Of a stretch of DNA of 59,293 nucleotides, positions 1 through 11,087 are shown one piece after another. Position numbers and translations under genes: made by a program. The notes beneath the pieces are model-generated. The model saw only the letters and a list, made by a program, of their open reading frames with translations, was not told the DNA's origin and made no database searches. Each line of letters begins with the position of its first letter. Position 1 is the stretch's first letter. This stretch comes from an uncultured Halieaceae bacterium. GTDB taxonomy: Bacteria; Pseudomonadota; Gammaproteobacteria; Pseudomonadales; Halieaceae. Location: positions 1 to 59,293 of the forward strand of contig CAJXDE010000001.1 of NCBI GenBank assembly GCA_913052635.1, read 5' to 3'.

Positions 1-2166
1 CTTGTTGATGCCCTTGCGGAAGTTTTTCTGGCACAGCTGGGGATCACCCAACAGTTCGCCTCTAGCCAATAAATCTTCAATGACGCTGTAGGCCAGATAA
101 GGGTGCACGGCGGTCGCGCCAAAGCCGAGCAGGCAAGCCACATGGTGCGAGTCTCTGGCGCTCCCGGATTCAACCACTAGGTTGCACTCGGCGCGCAGCC
201 CAACGCGAATCAGGTGATGATGCACAGCGCCCGTGGCTAGGAGACTATGCAGGGGAACACGGTTCTCGCCAATGTTTCGGTCAGAAAGTACGAGAATAGT
301 CTTGCCTTCGCTAACAGCGACCTCGGCACTGGAGCAAACCGCCTCGAGGGCCTGGCGCAAGTTGGCGTCGGCCGGGTCGTAGGTGGCGTCCACGGTCACA
401 GCGGTGAAGCTCTCCTCCGACAGCCCGGCAATGCTCTTGAACTTGGACTGGGACAGCACGGGAGAGGTTAGGCTGATGCGACGGGCATGATCCGCCGACT
501 CTTCAAAGATGTTGCGCTCCGGGCCCAGATCCACTTCGAGGGACATTACGATCGACTCGCGCAGCGGGTCTATCGGCGGGTTGGTGACCTGAGCAAATTT
601 CTGGCGGAAGTAATCATAAAGCGAGCGCTCCTGGCGCGACAGCACTGCCATCGGCGTGTCGTCACCCATGGAGCCCACTGCCTCGTTACCAGATTCTGCT
701 AGAGGCCGGAGCACCTGATCCCGCTCTTCAAAGCTGACCTGAAACATCTTCTGATACACATCCAGCTCTGAGCCAGAGATTGCGGCCACAGGCTCTCCGG
801 TGTAGCTGCCCTCAATCAAGCGCGCGTTATCTCGCAGCCATTTTTTATAGGGCTGGCGGGTTTTCAGCAGCTCATCGATATCCTTGGTGTGCAGCACTTT
901 GCCTTCTTTGGTATCCACCACAAGAATCTGACCCGGGCCGACCCGGCCCTTGGCAATCACCTGCTCGGGCTGATAGCCATGGGTGCCGACCTCAGAGGCT
1001 AGCGTGATAAAGCCGTCATCCGTCGTGACCCAGCGCGCCGGGCGAAGTCCATTGCGGTCTAGCAGGCAGCAGGCATAACGCCCGTCGGTGAGCACGATGC
1101 CCGCAGGCCCGTCCCATGGTTCCATGTGCATCGCGTTATATTGATAGAACGCCTTTAGGTCGGGGTCGATACCCTCGATGTTTTGCCAAGCGGGCGGAAT
1201 CAGCATGCGCAATGCGCGCGGCAATTCAACGCCCCCAGTGGTGAGGAGCTCCAGCATGTTGTCGAGGCTTGAGGAGTCAGAGCCCTCGGTATTTACCAAT
1301 GGCGCCAGCGCTTGCAGATTAGGCAGTAACGGCGAATCGAGTTTGGCGCTGCGTGCCCTCGACCAGCTTCGATTGCCCTCAATGGTGTTGATTTCACCGT
1401 TATGCGCCAGCATGCGGAAGGGTTGCGCCAGCGGCCAACGCGGCAGGGTATTGGTGGAGAAGCGCTGGTGGAATACGCAAATCGCGGTCTCCAGCGAGGG
1501 GTTATTCAAGTCGGGGTAAAACCGCTCCAAATCTGCAGGCATGACCAGGCCTTTGTAGGACACCACCCGATCAGAGAGGCTACAGATGTAGAAATCGGGG
1601 TCGCTTGCCAGCGCCATCTCGGCGCGTCGGCGCACGGTGAATAACTTGCCCAGGCAGTGCTCATGGTCAACACCACTGGCATCGACAAATATCTGTTCTA
1701 TCCGCGGCAACTGATCCAGCGCGATCTCGCCACACACGCTTTTATCGATAGGGACTTCGCGCCAGCCAAATACCGGCAGCCCTTCGGCAGTCAATGCAGC
1801 CTCCATGGCCTCACGGGATGCCTGCTGCAACTCCTGATCACGACTCAAAAAGAGCATGCCGACCGCGTAGTGCTCTCCCAAGTCGACATCGAGCACGGCC
1901 TTGGCCTCTCCGCGCATGAAGGCATCGGGCATCTGCAGTAATAGACCGCAGCCATCCCCCGTGCGGCCGTCGGCGGCGATACCGCCGCGGTGGGTCATAC
2001 AGGTCAGTGATTCAATCGCCGTTTGTAACAGGCGATGGCTAGCCTCGCCCTCAATATGGGCGATCAGACCAAAGCCACAGTTATCCCGAAATTCCTCGGG
2101 ACGGTAGAGCCCGCGAGAGGGTGCCGACCGTTCACCGGCATCGCCCGCTGCTACAGCATGATTCAT
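1..2166 (-). CDS. gltB: Glutamate synthase (NADPH) large subunit, 5' part; runs off the window edge
   Basis: Not in the ORF track because there is no stop in the window. Hand translation from ATG at 2166 gives MNHAVAAG...[19 protein letters not shown] (Ntn-amidotransferase catalytic Cys after a leader). Later motifs include [37 protein letters not shown] and EPWDGPA. The frame ends ...NFRKGINK at base 1. Confidence 0.96.
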   Translation of the reverse strand, partial: MNHAVAAGDAGERSAPSRGLYRPEEFRDNCGFGLIAHIEGEASHRLLQTAIESLTCMTHRGGIAADGRTGDGCGLLLQMPDAFMRGEAKAVLDVDLGEHYAVGMLFLSRDQELQQASREAMEAALTAEGLPVFGWREVPIDKSVCGEIALDQLPRIEQIFVDASGVDHEHCLGKLFTVRRRAEMALASDPDFYICSLSDRVVSYKGLVMPADLERFYPDLNNPSLETAICVFHQRFSTNTLPRWPLAQPFRMLAHNGEINTIEGNRSWSRARSAKLDSPLLPNLQALAPLVNTEGSDSSSLDNMLELLTTGGVELPRALRMLIPPAWQNIEGIDPDLKAFYQYNAMHMEPWDGPAGIVLTDGRYACCLLDRNGLRPARWVTTDDGFITLASEVGTHGYQPEQVIAKGRVGPGQILVVDTKEGKVLHTKDIDELLKTRQPYKKWLRDNARLIEGSYTGEPVAAISGSELDVYQKMFQVSFEERDQVLRPLAESGNEAVGSMGDDTPMAVLSRQERSLYDYFRQKFAQVTNPPIDPLRESIVMSLEVDLGPERNIFEESADHARRISLTSPVLSQSKFKSIAGLSEESFTAVTVDATYDPADANLRQALEAVCSSAEVAVSEGKTILVLSDRNIGENRVPLHSLLATGAVHHHLIRVGLRAECNLVVESGSARDSHHVACLLGFGATAVHPYLAYSVIEDLLARGELLGDPQLCQKNFRKGINK

Positions 2167-2289
2167 AAACCGTTTCGCTTCTGAACCGGCGCACAACACC
2201 GGCGAAACCGCCCCTCACGGAGCAAGAACTACAGGGCGCGTAGTGTACACCCCCGAAAAGGGGCGCTCAATTGGCGCAATCTTCGCCGA

Positions 2290-3387
2290 TCAGGCATCGA
2301 TCACGCATGTAATGTCGTCCTCCGTGACGTTTTCAGCCACTACTGCTTCACCCAGCTGGGAGAGAACAATATAGCGAACTTTTCCGCCACTCACTTTTTT
2401 GTCACTGCCCATGGCCTCCAACATTGCCTGAGCGGTGACATCGGCCGGGGGCGCGACCGGTAAACCTACCGACTCATTGAACGCGGTCAGTTGGTCGACC
2501 ACCTCTGCATCCAGCCCGCCCCGAAGCACTGAAAGCCGACTGGCCAGGACCATACCGGCGGCCACCGCCTCACCGTGAAGCCAGTCACCATACCCCTGAA
2601 TCCGCTCGATGGCGTGACCGAACGTGTGTCCAAAATTCAGGTGCGCCCGCACGCCACCCTCGCGCTCATCGGCTGCCACGACGGCGGCCTTGATCGCACA
2701 GCTGCGCTCGATCGCAAAAGCCAGCGCGGCCGCCTCCCGGCGCTTCAACGCCTCGACGTTATCGATGAGCCAGGCAAAAAACCCGGCATCGCGAATGAGA
2801 CCGTACTTGATGATCTCGGCCAGCCCTGCCGCATAGTCTCTGGCGGGCAGGGTAGCGAGGGTGGCGAGGTCGATCACCACCTGCTGCGGTTGGTGAAAGG
2901 CGCCAATGAGATTTTTACCCATCGCGTGATTCACGCCCGTCTTACCACCCACGGAAGAATCCACCTGAGCCAATAGCGTCGTCGGCACCTGTACGAAATC
3001 CGCGCCGCGCAAAAAACAGGCCGCGGCAAAGCCAGTCATGTCACCCACCACACCGCCACCGAGGGCGATAAACAAACTGCCTCGCTCATGCTTGTCCGCG
3101 AGCGCCGCATCGAGTATCTGCTGGACTGAAGTCATATTTTTATGAGACTCACCTGCCGGCAACACCACCTCGGTTAACTGACCGACGCCGGTGAGCGCTG
3201 CTTTAACGGCCGCACCGTAAAGCGGGCCTACCTGATCATCCGTCACCAGGATCACGCCTCTGCCCTCAACCAAAGGCCGCCAGATAGACGCATCCTTGAT
3301 CAGCTCGCGACCAATCTGGATCGGGTAGCTCCGGTCCGCCGTGGCCGAGACGAGATCAACGGGAAGTGTGTGCAGCAGCTCGGGCAT
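2290..3387 (-). CDS. aroB: 3-dehydroquinate synthase
   Basis: Motifs GGGVVGDMTGFAAA, PTTLLAQVDSSVGGKTGVN and LNFGHTFGHAIE; directly downstream of aroK. Confidence 0.97.
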   Translation of the reverse strand: MPELLHTLPVDLVSATADRSYPIQIGRELIKDASIWRPLVEGRGVILVTDDQVGPLYGAAVKAALTGVGQLTEVVLPAGESHKNMTSVQQILDAALADKHERGSLFIALGGGVVGDMTGFAAACFLRGADFVQVPTTLLAQVDSSVGGKTGVNHAMGKNLIGAFHQPQQVVIDLATLATLPARDYAAGLAEIIKYGLIRDAGFFAWLIDNVEALKRREAAALAFAIERSCAIKAAVVAADEREGGVRAHLNFGHTFGHAIERIQGYGDWLHGEAVAAGMVLASRLSVLRGGLDAEVVDQLTAFNESVGLPVAPPADVTAQAMLEAMGSDKKVSGGKVRYIVLSQLGEAVVAENVTEDDITCVIDA

Positions 3388-3408
3388 GGAAACAGGATTC
3401 CGGGTCAG

Positions 3409-3963
3409 TTATTCACCATCGTGGTGGGGTATCAGTCCGCGCTCACGCAATACCGCCTCAATCTGGCGAGCCACTTTGCGCGCGTTACCCCCGCCAGCAG
3501 AGATGATGACATCTGCCAGCGCCCTGTAAAGCGGCTCGCGTTCCGCCATCAGCTGATTCAGGGTCTCCTCGCGGTCCCGCCGCTGTAGCAATGGTCGACC
3601 CTCGCCGGACCCAGTCCTTTTCAGCTGTTGCGACACAGATACGTTGAGGAAAACAACCACGCCTGAGCGCGCTATCATTTCACGGTTTTCCGCCGCCAGT
3701 ATTGCACCGCCGCCGGTCGCGATAACCGCTGCCGGATGCTCGACAAGATCCTTCAGCACCGTGGTCTCGCGGCGGCGAAAACCCGCCTCTCCTTCTACAT
3801 CAAAGATCCAGGGTATATCGGCACCCGCCCGGGATTCGATCTCAGCATCGGAGTCGATAAAGGGACAATCCAGCAGATCCGACAGATGCCTGCCAACCGT
3901 CGATTTACCCGAGCCCATGGGCCCAATCAAAAATAGCCGCAGATTCGCGGCGTTACCTGCCAT
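3409..3963 (-). CDS. aroK: Shikimate kinase
   Basis: P-loop GPMGSGKST, IFDVEGEAGFRRRE, ATGGG, RPLL. Confidence 0.96.
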   Translation of the reverse strand: MAGNAANLRLFLIGPMGSGKSTVGRHLSDLLDCPFIDSDAEIESRAGADIPWIFDVEGEAGFRRRETTVLKDLVEHPAAVIATGGGAILAAENREMIARSGVVVFLNVSVSQQLKRTGSGEGRPLLQRRDREETLNQLMAEREPLYRALADVIISAGGGNARKVARQIEAVLRERGLIPHHDGE

Positions 3964-3974
3964 TATCCCGCCCG

Positions 3975-4049
3975 TCAGTTCACCAGCGATTCAGACAAGA
4001 TTCTAGGCGTAATAAAAATTAGTGTCTCGGTTTTCTGCTGTGTATTGGC
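3975..4049 (-). pseudogene. pilQ: C-terminal remnant of type IV pilus secretin PilQ
   Basis: Minus strand reads ANTQQKTETLIFITPRILSESLVN*, matching the secretin terminal motif (K-x-E-L-L-I-F-I-T-P-R-I). It ends 11 bp before aroK, where pilQ ends in the conserved ponA/pilMNOPQ-aroK-aroB locus. Confidence 0.8.
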
Positions 4050-4260
4050 CGGGCTCTTAGATAACAAGAGAGCGTAAATGCCTACGACGCACTTATGGAA
4101 TGTCAAAGTCGGTAAAAGGTCACTTCCCGCGCGCTATTGTGTAAAAACCCCAGTAAAGCCCTGATATCTTTGCCTTGGTAGATCATGTGGATGGGTCAAC
4201 TACTAGCCGAATGCATCGTATGGACCCGACCGCAGAGACAATTCGCCGGAGAGTCCAAGG

Positions 4261-6669
4261 GTGCCAAAAGCCAAGCAAGTGATGCGATATAGCGCGCTGA
4301 TAGCCTGTGCGGCAATCTGGTGGCTGGCAGGGCTTTACCTCTATCTCAGCCCAAACCTCCCAGAGGAAAGTGCGCTCCGTAACATCACCTTGCGCACCCC
4401 CATGCGTGTGCTCAGCCGCGATGGCGCACTGATTGGGCAGTTCGGGGAACAAAAACGCAAGCCGCTGCAATTCGAACAGATCCCGCAAAGCTTCATCGAT
4501 GCACTTTTGGCCGCAGAGGACGACGGCTTTTTCGAGCACAGTGGCATCGAACCGCTAAGCCTGATAAGAGCGGTATCAGAGTTATTACTCACCGGCAAAA
4601 AAGGCAGTGGCGGCTCCACACTGACAATGCAGGTAGCGAGGAACTATTTTCTGACGCTGGATCAGACCTTCCTCAGGAAGTTCACCGAAATCCTGTTGGC
4701 ATTTCAGATTGAGGCCCGACTCAGCAAAGAGGAAATTTTTCAGCTGTACGTCAACCGGGTCTTCCTCGGTCATCGTGCCTATGGATTTGAGGCCGCGGCC
4801 GAGACCTACTACGGGAAACCCCTCGCGGAGCTCACGCTCGCACAGCACGCGATGCTTGCGGGTGTGCCGAAAGCGCCATCGCGCAACAACCCGTTGAGCA
4901 ACCCTGAAAAAGGCAAGATCCGCCGGGACTGGATTTTGGGTCGCATGGCGAATCTCGGCATGATCAGTGAGACTGAACAGCTCGCCGCAACAAATACCCC
5001 CGTCACCGCCTCTTTTTATGGGCAAGTTGTTGAAGTCGACGCCGATTACATCGCCGAGATGGTCCGTCGTGAAATGGTCGAGCGCTTCGGCAATGCCGCC
5101 TATAACGACGGCTATGTGGTCTACACCACGGTTGAGGCCGAACTACAGCAGGCCGCCCACGATGCACTGCTCAGCGGACTGAGAACCTACGACTGGCGGC
5201 ACGGTTGGCGTGGGCCGGAGCGACGCCTTGCACCGCGCGAGGGTGAGTCACCTGAGGAAACCCTCGGGCGCTGGCAAGAGGCGTTGCGCGACATGCCAAC
5301 CATCGCTGAGCTGCCACCCGGCATCGTCACCGCGATTGGGGACGAGGCCGCATCGGTGCTGCTCAAGTCAGGCGATGCGATCGCCCTGTCATGGGAGGGA
5401 GACCTTGAGAAAGTGCGACAGTATCGATCGGTAAACCAAACTGCGGCGCCCGAGAAAACGCCAACAGCACTGCTGGCCCCGGGTGATCTGATTCGCGTCC
5501 GCGAGACGAATGAGGGATGGCGGCTCACGCAGGTCCCCAAGGCGCAATCCGCGCTTGTATCACTAGACCCCAAGCATGGCGCCATCCGGGCTCTGGTCGG
5601 CGGCATGGGCTTCGAGTTGTCCAAATTCAACCGTGCGACCCAGGCAAAACGCCAGCCGGGCTCAAACTTCAAACCGTTTCTGTACGCCAGCGCATTGGAA
5701 GCAGGCATTACGCCCTCCACGGTGATTAACGATGCGCCGGTGGTACTCGACAACCTTTCTGCCGCGGAAATCTGGCGGCCAGAAAACGACAGCGGGAAAT
5801 TTTATGGGCCGACACGGCTTCGCGAGGCGCTGACCTTCTCGCGCAATCTGGTCTCGATCAGGGTGCTGCAACGCATCGGCGTGCGGCGCTTCATACGCTA
5901 CGTAGAAGGCCTGGGGTTTAATACCGAGGACATACAGGCCAATCTGACCCTCGCCCTCGGCACGCATACCTATACCCCGCTCGAAATCGCGACAGGCTAC
6001 GCCATCTTGGCCAATGAGGGCTTCAAGGTGGAGCCCTGGCTGATTGAGCGCATTGAAAACGCAAAAGGTGAGATCGTTTACGCTGCCGATCCACTGGTGG
6101 CGTGTGCCGAATGCGCCTATGCCGAGGGCAACGAGCCCGAGGAAATGCGGATGGAAGATATATTAGGCACGGCAGTGCCCGAGGTGCGCGCTGCCGACCG
6201 GGTCATGGACGCCCGGGTCGCCTTCATCATTTCCTCTTTTCTCAACGATGCCATCCAGCGCGGTACAGGCCGTCGCGCGCGGGTGCTCGACCGGCAGGAC
6301 ATCTCCGGCAAGACTGGCACCACCAATGGCCCGCGGGACGCGTGGTTCTCAGGTTTCAATCGCGACCTGATTACAACGGCCTGGGTGGGCTTTGACGATT
6401 ACGGGCCTCTGGGGCGTCGCGAGTTTGGCGGCACCGCAGCACTACCCATCTGGATCGACTACGTGCGCCGGGCACTGCCTCCTGCGCAACCGCCCCCACT
6501 TATGCCGCCCGGCATCGTCCGGCTTCGCGTCGACCGGGAGTCCGGCCTGCGGGTAAGGGGACAACCCGAGGGCAGTGTGATGGAGTACTTTCTCGAGGAA
6601 TCTCTCCCGGACTGGGACACAGACTCAGGTGGCTCTATTGATGCGAAAAACCTCGAACAGATTTTTTGA
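4261..6669 (+). CDS. mrcA: Penicillin-binding protein 1A (bifunctional transglycosylase/transpeptidase)
   Basis: N-terminal TM helix; GT motifs EDDGFFEHSG, GGSTLTMQVARN and RKFTE; TP motifs SNFK, SRN and KTG. Confidence 0.96.
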   Translation: MPKAKQVMRYSALIACAAIWWLAGLYLYLSPNLPEESALRNITLRTPMRVLSRDGALIGQFGEQKRKPLQFEQIPQSFIDALLAAEDDGFFEHSGIEPLSLIRAVSELLLTGKKGSGGSTLTMQVARNYFLTLDQTFLRKFTEILLAFQIEARLSKEEIFQLYVNRVFLGHRAYGFEAAAETYYGKPLAELTLAQHAMLAGVPKAPSRNNPLSNPEKGKIRRDWILGRMANLGMISETEQLAATNTPVTASFYGQVVEVDADYIAEMVRREMVERFGNAAYNDGYVVYTTVEAELQQAAHDALLSGLRTYDWRHGWRGPERRLAPREGESPEETLGRWQEALRDMPTIAELPPGIVTAIGDEAASVLLKSGDAIALSWEGDLEKVRQYRSVNQTAAPEKTPTALLAPGDLIRVRETNEGWRLTQVPKAQSALVSLDPKHGAIRALVGGMGFELSKFNRATQAKRQPGSNFKPFLYASALEAGITPSTVINDAPVVLDNLSAAEIWRPENDSGKFYGPTRLREALTFSRNLVSIRVLQRIGVRRFIRYVEGLGFNTEDIQANLTLALGTHTYTPLEIATGYAILANEGFKVEPWLIERIENAKGEIVYAADPLVACAECAYAEGNEPEEMRMEDILGTAVPEVRAADRVMDARVAFIISSFLNDAIQRGTGRRARVLDRQDISGKTGTTNGPRDAWFSGFNRDLITTAWVGFDDYGPLGRREFGGTAALPIWIDYVRRALPPAQPPPLMPPGIVRLRVDRESGLRVRGQPEGSVMEYFLEESLPDWDTDSGGSIDAKNLEQIF

Positions 6670-6672
6670 GAC

Positions 6673-6702
6673 AAAAAAAACGCCGGCATTAGCCGGCGTT
6701 TT
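6673..6702. terminator. Bidirectional intrinsic terminator between convergent mrcA and rpmE
   Basis: A8-CGCCGGC-ATTA-GCCGGCG-T4. Confidence 0.88.
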
Positions 6703-6714
6703 CGTGATTATCGC

Positions 6715-6969
6715 TTAGTTCTTCAGGCTTCGGTCCCCAAAGCGCTTATTGAATCTCGCCACACGACCGTCGCTCTGCGCCACCTTCTGCTTACCTGTAT
6801 AAAAAGGGTGGGAAGCACTGGAAATATCCAGAATCATGTAGGGGTAGGTTTGCCCTTCGTGCTCCTTCGTATCACTGGTCTGCACCGTTGAGCCCACAAC
6901 AAAGTAGGTGTCCGATGAGGTGTCGTGGAAAAGGACGTCTCGATACTCGGGGTGAATGTCTGGTTTCAT
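6715..6969 (-). CDS. rpmE2: 50S ribosomal protein L31, type B (zinc-independent)
   Basis: [16 protein letters not shown]...[15 protein letters not shown]...[10 protein letters not shown]; 84 aa with no Cys; start taken at ATG 6969. Confidence 0.95.
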   Translation of the reverse strand: MKPDIHPEYRDVLFHDTSSDTYFVVGSTVQTSDTKEHEGQTYPYMILDISSASHPFYTGKQKVAQSDGRVARFNKRFGDRSLKN

Positions 6970-7103
6970 GCCAACCTCCGTCAGCATCTGTCATGCGAAA
7001 AAGAGCGCGGATCATACCAGAGCCCGCTCCGATAGCAACACGGAATACGCCCGCTCCCGGGCTTTAGTACACTGGGCACGTCAGCCAGCGCGCCGAGCAG
7101 ACC

Positions 7104-9311
7104 TTGAGCCAAAAAACCGCGAAAACCTCCGTCGAACCTGCGATCTGGCGCTGCGCGGTCCCTTCCCCCTTGCGACAGGCTTTTGACTATCTCCCAATCG
7201 AAGGCGGCCACGGTGGCGCCAAGCCCGGCGCACGAGTCACCGTCCCTTTCGGAAAACGGAGTGTCACCGCCGTGATCCTCTCAATCGCATCACGATCTTC
7301 GGTAGAACCGACGAAGCTTAAGGCCGCAACGGCGCTACTTGACGAGCAGCCGCTCTATACCGAGGCCCAGCGAGCATTGCTTTCCTGGGCCGCCGACTAC
7401 TATCAGCATCCTCTGGGCGAGGTATTGCCTTTGGGCCTGTCCCCTCGCGAGCGTCGCGGCCAACCCGAACGCGCGCTGACCGAAACAGGGATCAGACTGA
7501 CCGCTCGGGGCCATGGCCTGCCGGATGGAGCCCCTCATCGTGCACGCAAACAGGCGACGCTGGTCTCCCGACTTAGGCCGGGCCCCCTGCCCCTAGCCGA
7601 ACTCAAAGCCGAAGGTTTCAGCCCTGCTGTGATTAGGGTGCTCAGGGACAAAGCGCTGATCGAGAACTTTGAGCTCGCCACTGAGGCAGCCTGGCAAACC
7701 CGATCTCCACCACTGCCCGCCAATGCAGAGCAGCAGGCCGCGATCGATCAGATCGTGGCCGCGGCGGGGGTCTTTTCGGTGCATTTGCTTTACGGGGTAA
7801 CGGGTAGCGGCAAGACAGAGGTCTACCTGCAGAGTGTTGCCGACTGTCTCAACCGGGGCCGGCAGGCGCTGGTGCTACTGCCCGAGATCGCACTCACGCC
7901 ACAAACGCTAGCGAGATTCGAGGAGCGGTTCGAGGCACCGGTGATCGCACTGCACTCGGCGATGGGTGATGCAGAGCGAGACCGCGCCTGGGCGGCTGCT
8001 CGCAGAGGTCACGCCGCGGTCATTCTCGGCACCCGTTCCTCGGTTTTTGTCCCTTTACTGGAGCCCGGCTTGATCATTGTCGACGAGGAACATGACGCGG
8101 CGTATGTGCAGCAGGATGGCTTCAGATACTCGGCACGCGATGTAGCGATTAAGCGCGCGCAGCTGGAGCAGTGCCCGGTCGTGCTCGGCAGCGCCACGCC
8201 CAGCCTCGAAAGCTGGCATAACGCCGAACTGGAGCGTTTCCAGCGCCATTCGCTGACGCATAGGGCGGGTGCTGGAACACTACCCGCGCGGCGGCAGATT
8301 GATATCTCCGGGCTAGAGCTGTCTGCGGGTCTGTCGCCAGAGCTGCTGGCCAAAATCGAAGCGGCGCTGAACCAGCGTCATCAAGTACTGGTATTTCTCA
8401 ACCGCCGCGGTTTCGCCAATGCCCTGCTCTGTCACGATTGTGGCTGGAGCAGTGACTGCGCGGACTGCGATGCGCGCATGACGCTGCACAAGACACCACC
8501 GGGACTGCACTGCCATCACTGCGGTCGGCGCTCAGCACTACCCAGCCAGTGCCCTCGATGCCAGAGTCGTCGATTGGTCGGCACCGGCATCGGCACCCAA
8601 CAAACCGAGACGTTTCTCGCCGAGCGCTTTGCTGATTACCCGGTGCTTCGTGTCGACAGCGACACCATGACCGGCCGCCACTCGATGCCTGACCTGATTG
8701 AACAGCTGGCGAGTGGAGACCCGGTGCTGATGATCGGCACGCAAATGTTGAGTAAGGGACATCATTTCCCCCACGTCACATTAGTGGCGGTTGTCGATGC
8801 TGACGCCCTGCTATTCAGCCCGGATTTTCGCGGTGAAGAGCGACTATTGCAATTATTGACGCAGGTGGGTGGCCGTGCCGGGCGAGACGGGACCCCGAGT
8901 GAGGTGCTGATTCAAACGCGACATCCCGACCACCCGCTGATGCAGCATCTCGACAAGCCTTATCACACGGCGCTGCCCGCCCTGCTCAATCAGCGGAGTC
9001 AAGCAGGCCTGCCGCCCCACGGGGCGCTTGGCATCATTCGCTGTGACAGTCAGGATCGACAGGAGGGGCTGGGCTTCCTGTCCCTTATCAGAAATGGTGT
9101 CACCACGCCCCGGGGCGCACGGATCATCGGCCCACTGTCCGCCGCGATGGCACGAAGGAAAAATCGCTATCGCTCACAATTGGTTGTCTCGGCAAAGAGT
9201 CGCTCAATGCTGGCAAAAGTGGTGACGGATTTGATTGCCGCGGCGGAAGCAGCCCGACACTCTCACCGTCTAAGCTGGTCGGTCGACATCGACCCCTACG
9301 AAAGCTTGTGA
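7104..9311 (+). CDS. priA: Primosomal protein N'
   Basis: GVTGSGKTEVY, DEEH, GSATPS and four CxxC pairs. Confidence 0.97.
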   Translation: MSQKTAKTSVEPAIWRCAVPSPLRQAFDYLPIEGGHGGAKPGARVTVPFGKRSVTAVILSIASRSSVEPTKLKAATALLDEQPLYTEAQRALLSWAADYYQHPLGEVLPLGLSPRERRGQPERALTETGIRLTARGHGLPDGAPHRARKQATLVSRLRPGPLPLAELKAEGFSPAVIRVLRDKALIENFELATEAAWQTRSPPLPANAEQQAAIDQIVAAAGVFSVHLLYGVTGSGKTEVYLQSVADCLNRGRQALVLLPEIALTPQTLARFEERFEAPVIALHSAMGDAERDRAWAAARRGHAAVILGTRSSVFVPLLEPGLIIVDEEHDAAYVQQDGFRYSARDVAIKRAQLEQCPVVLGSATPSLESWHNAELERFQRHSLTHRAGAGTLPARRQIDISGLELSAGLSPELLAKIEAALNQRHQVLVFLNRRGFANALLCHDCGWSSDCADCDARMTLHKTPPGLHCHHCGRRSALPSQCPRCQSRRLVGTGIGTQQTETFLAERFADYPVLRVDSDTMTGRHSMPDLIEQLASGDPVLMIGTQMLSKGHHFPHVTLVAVVDADALLFSPDFRGEERLLQLLTQVGGRAGRDGTPSEVLIQTRHPDHPLMQHLDKPYHTALPALLNQRSQAGLPPHGALGIIRCDSQDRQEGLGFLSLIRNGVTTPRGARIIGPLSAAMARRKNRYRSQLVVSAKSRSMLAKVVTDLIAAAEAARHSHRLSWSVDIDPYESL

Positions 9312-9395
9312 TTTTCCCCGCTGGAGCGACACGCGCCGGTTGGTGATAATAGACACTCAGTCTGTGTTGTTCGCTGCGCAGACCTACCTGACAGG

Positions 9396-11087
9396 ATGAT
9401 CATGAAACCCGAACTGACTGCGCTCATTAGCGAGGCGCTGGAACAACTCGCATCAGATGGTGTGCTGGCTGAGGCACCCAAGTCGGCACCCCAGATCGAT
9501 CGCCCGAGAGATCCGAGCCACGGAGATCTGTCTTGCAACATTGCCATGGTGCTGGCCAAGCGCACGGGCATGGCACCCAGAGAGCTCGCCTCCCAGCTGA
9601 TCGCGGCGTTGCCTGCAAACGCATTGGTTGACCGCTGCGACATCGCGGGCCCCGGCTTTATCAACTTTTTTATCAACCCCGGCCACCATACCGAGGTCGT
9701 GCGCACCATTTTCGAAAGCGGCAGGGCATATGGCCGGACGGATACCGGTGGCGGGCGGCGGGTGCAGGTGGAATTTGTGTCTGCCAACCCGACAGGCCCC
9801 CTTCACGTGGGCCACGGGCGAGGCGCAGCCATTGGCGATTCGCTGGGCAGATTGCTAGAAGCCACGGGCTGGTCCGTACAACGCGAGTTTTACTACAACG
9901 ATGCCGGCCAGCAAATCAACAATCTTGCGCTGTCGGTGCAGGCCCGCGCGCTGGGTAAAGATCCCGATCACCCTGACTGGCCCGCCGATGGCTATCAGGG
10001 TATCTATATTGAGGATGTGGCCAGCGCATATCTGTCGGGCGAGACGGTGCAGGCCGCTGACCGGGAAATTACCGGCGGCCGCAATCCGGAGGATCTGGAC
10101 GCTATCCGGGATTTTGCGGTGGCCTGCCTGCGCCGCGAGCAGGACCAGGACCTGAAGGCCTTTCAAGTGATCTTCGATGAGTATTTTCTGGAGTCATCAC
10201 TCTATGACAGCGGTGCCGTCGCGGAGACCGTAGAGGCCTTGCAGCGTGCTGACCATACCTATGAAGAGCAGGATGCGCTGTGGTTGCGCACCACTGACTT
10301 TGGCGATGACAAGGATCGCGTGATGCGCAAAAGTGAGGGCGGCTACACCTACTTTGTCCCCGATGTCGCCTATCACCACAATAAATGGCAACGCGGCTAT
10401 GAGCGCGTGATCAACGAACAAGGCGCCGATCACCATAGCACCATCACCCGCGTCAGGGCCGGGCTACAAGGCCTAGACGTGGGCATACCCGAGGGCTGGC
10501 CGGAGTATGTGCTCCATCAAATGGTGACCGTCATGCGCGAGGGCGCCGAGGTGAAACTCTCCAAACGCGCCGGTAGCTATGTCACACTACGCGACTTGAT
10601 CGACTGGGTCGGCTGCGACGCCACCCGGTATTTTCTGGTCGCACGAGCCCCCACTTCACAACTCACCTTCGATGTGGATCTGGCGCTGGCCCGCAGTAAC
10701 GAGAACCCCGTCTACTACATTCAATACGCCCATGCGCGATGCGCCAGCGTGCTGCGCAAGGCGCAGGAAGCGGACCCTAGCCTGGAGGGGAGTGACGGTT
10801 TAGCACACCTCAGTTGCCTTCGCGAGGCTGAAACACTGGCACTGGCCGTCACGCTAGGGCGCTTCCCCGAGGTCGTGGCCACAGCGGCAGAGCGTCTGGA
10901 GCCCCACGATGTCGCAAACTATCTGCGCGATCTCGCCGCCGACTTCCACAGTTTCTACAACGCGCACAAAGTACTGGAAGAGCCCCCCGAAACCATGACA
11001 GCCAGATTGGCCTTGGTGGCAGCGACGCAACAGGTGATCGCCAGCGGTCTCGAATTACTCGGTGTGTCTGCGCCGGACGCGATGTGA
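9396..11087 (+). CDS. argS: Arginine--tRNA ligase
   Basis: [19 protein letters not shown] (HIGH), [16 protein letters not shown]; start may be 9402. Confidence 0.97.
   Translation: MIMKPELTALISEALEQLASDGVLAEAPKSAPQIDRPRDPSHGDLSCNIAMVLAKRTGMAPRELASQLIAALPANALVDRCDIAGPGFINFFINPGHHTEVVRTIFESGRAYGRTDTGGGRRVQVEFVSANPTGPLHVGHGRGAAIGDSLGRLLEATGWSVQREFYYNDAGQQINNLALSVQARALGKDPDHPDWPADGYQGIYIEDVASAYLSGETVQAADREITGGRNPEDLDAIRDFAVACLRREQDQDLKAFQVIFDEYFLESSLYDSGAVAETVEALQRADHTYEEQDALWLRTTDFGDDKDRVMRKSEGGYTYFVPDVAYHHNKWQRGYERVINEQGADHHSTITRVRAGLQGLDVGIPEGWPEYVLHQMVTVMREGAEVKLSKRAGSYVTLRDLIDWVGCDATRYFLVARAPTSQLTFDVDLALARSNENPVYYIQYAHARCASVLRKAQEADPSLEGSDGLAHLSCLREAETLALAVTLGRFPEVVATAAERLEPHDVANYLRDLAADFHSFYNAHKVLEEPPETMTARLALVAATQQVIASGLELLGVSAPDAM

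Noticed and set aside
247-2107. Cluster of short ORFs in the track
   Set aside because: All are shadows of gltB, which the track missed because its stop lies outside the window
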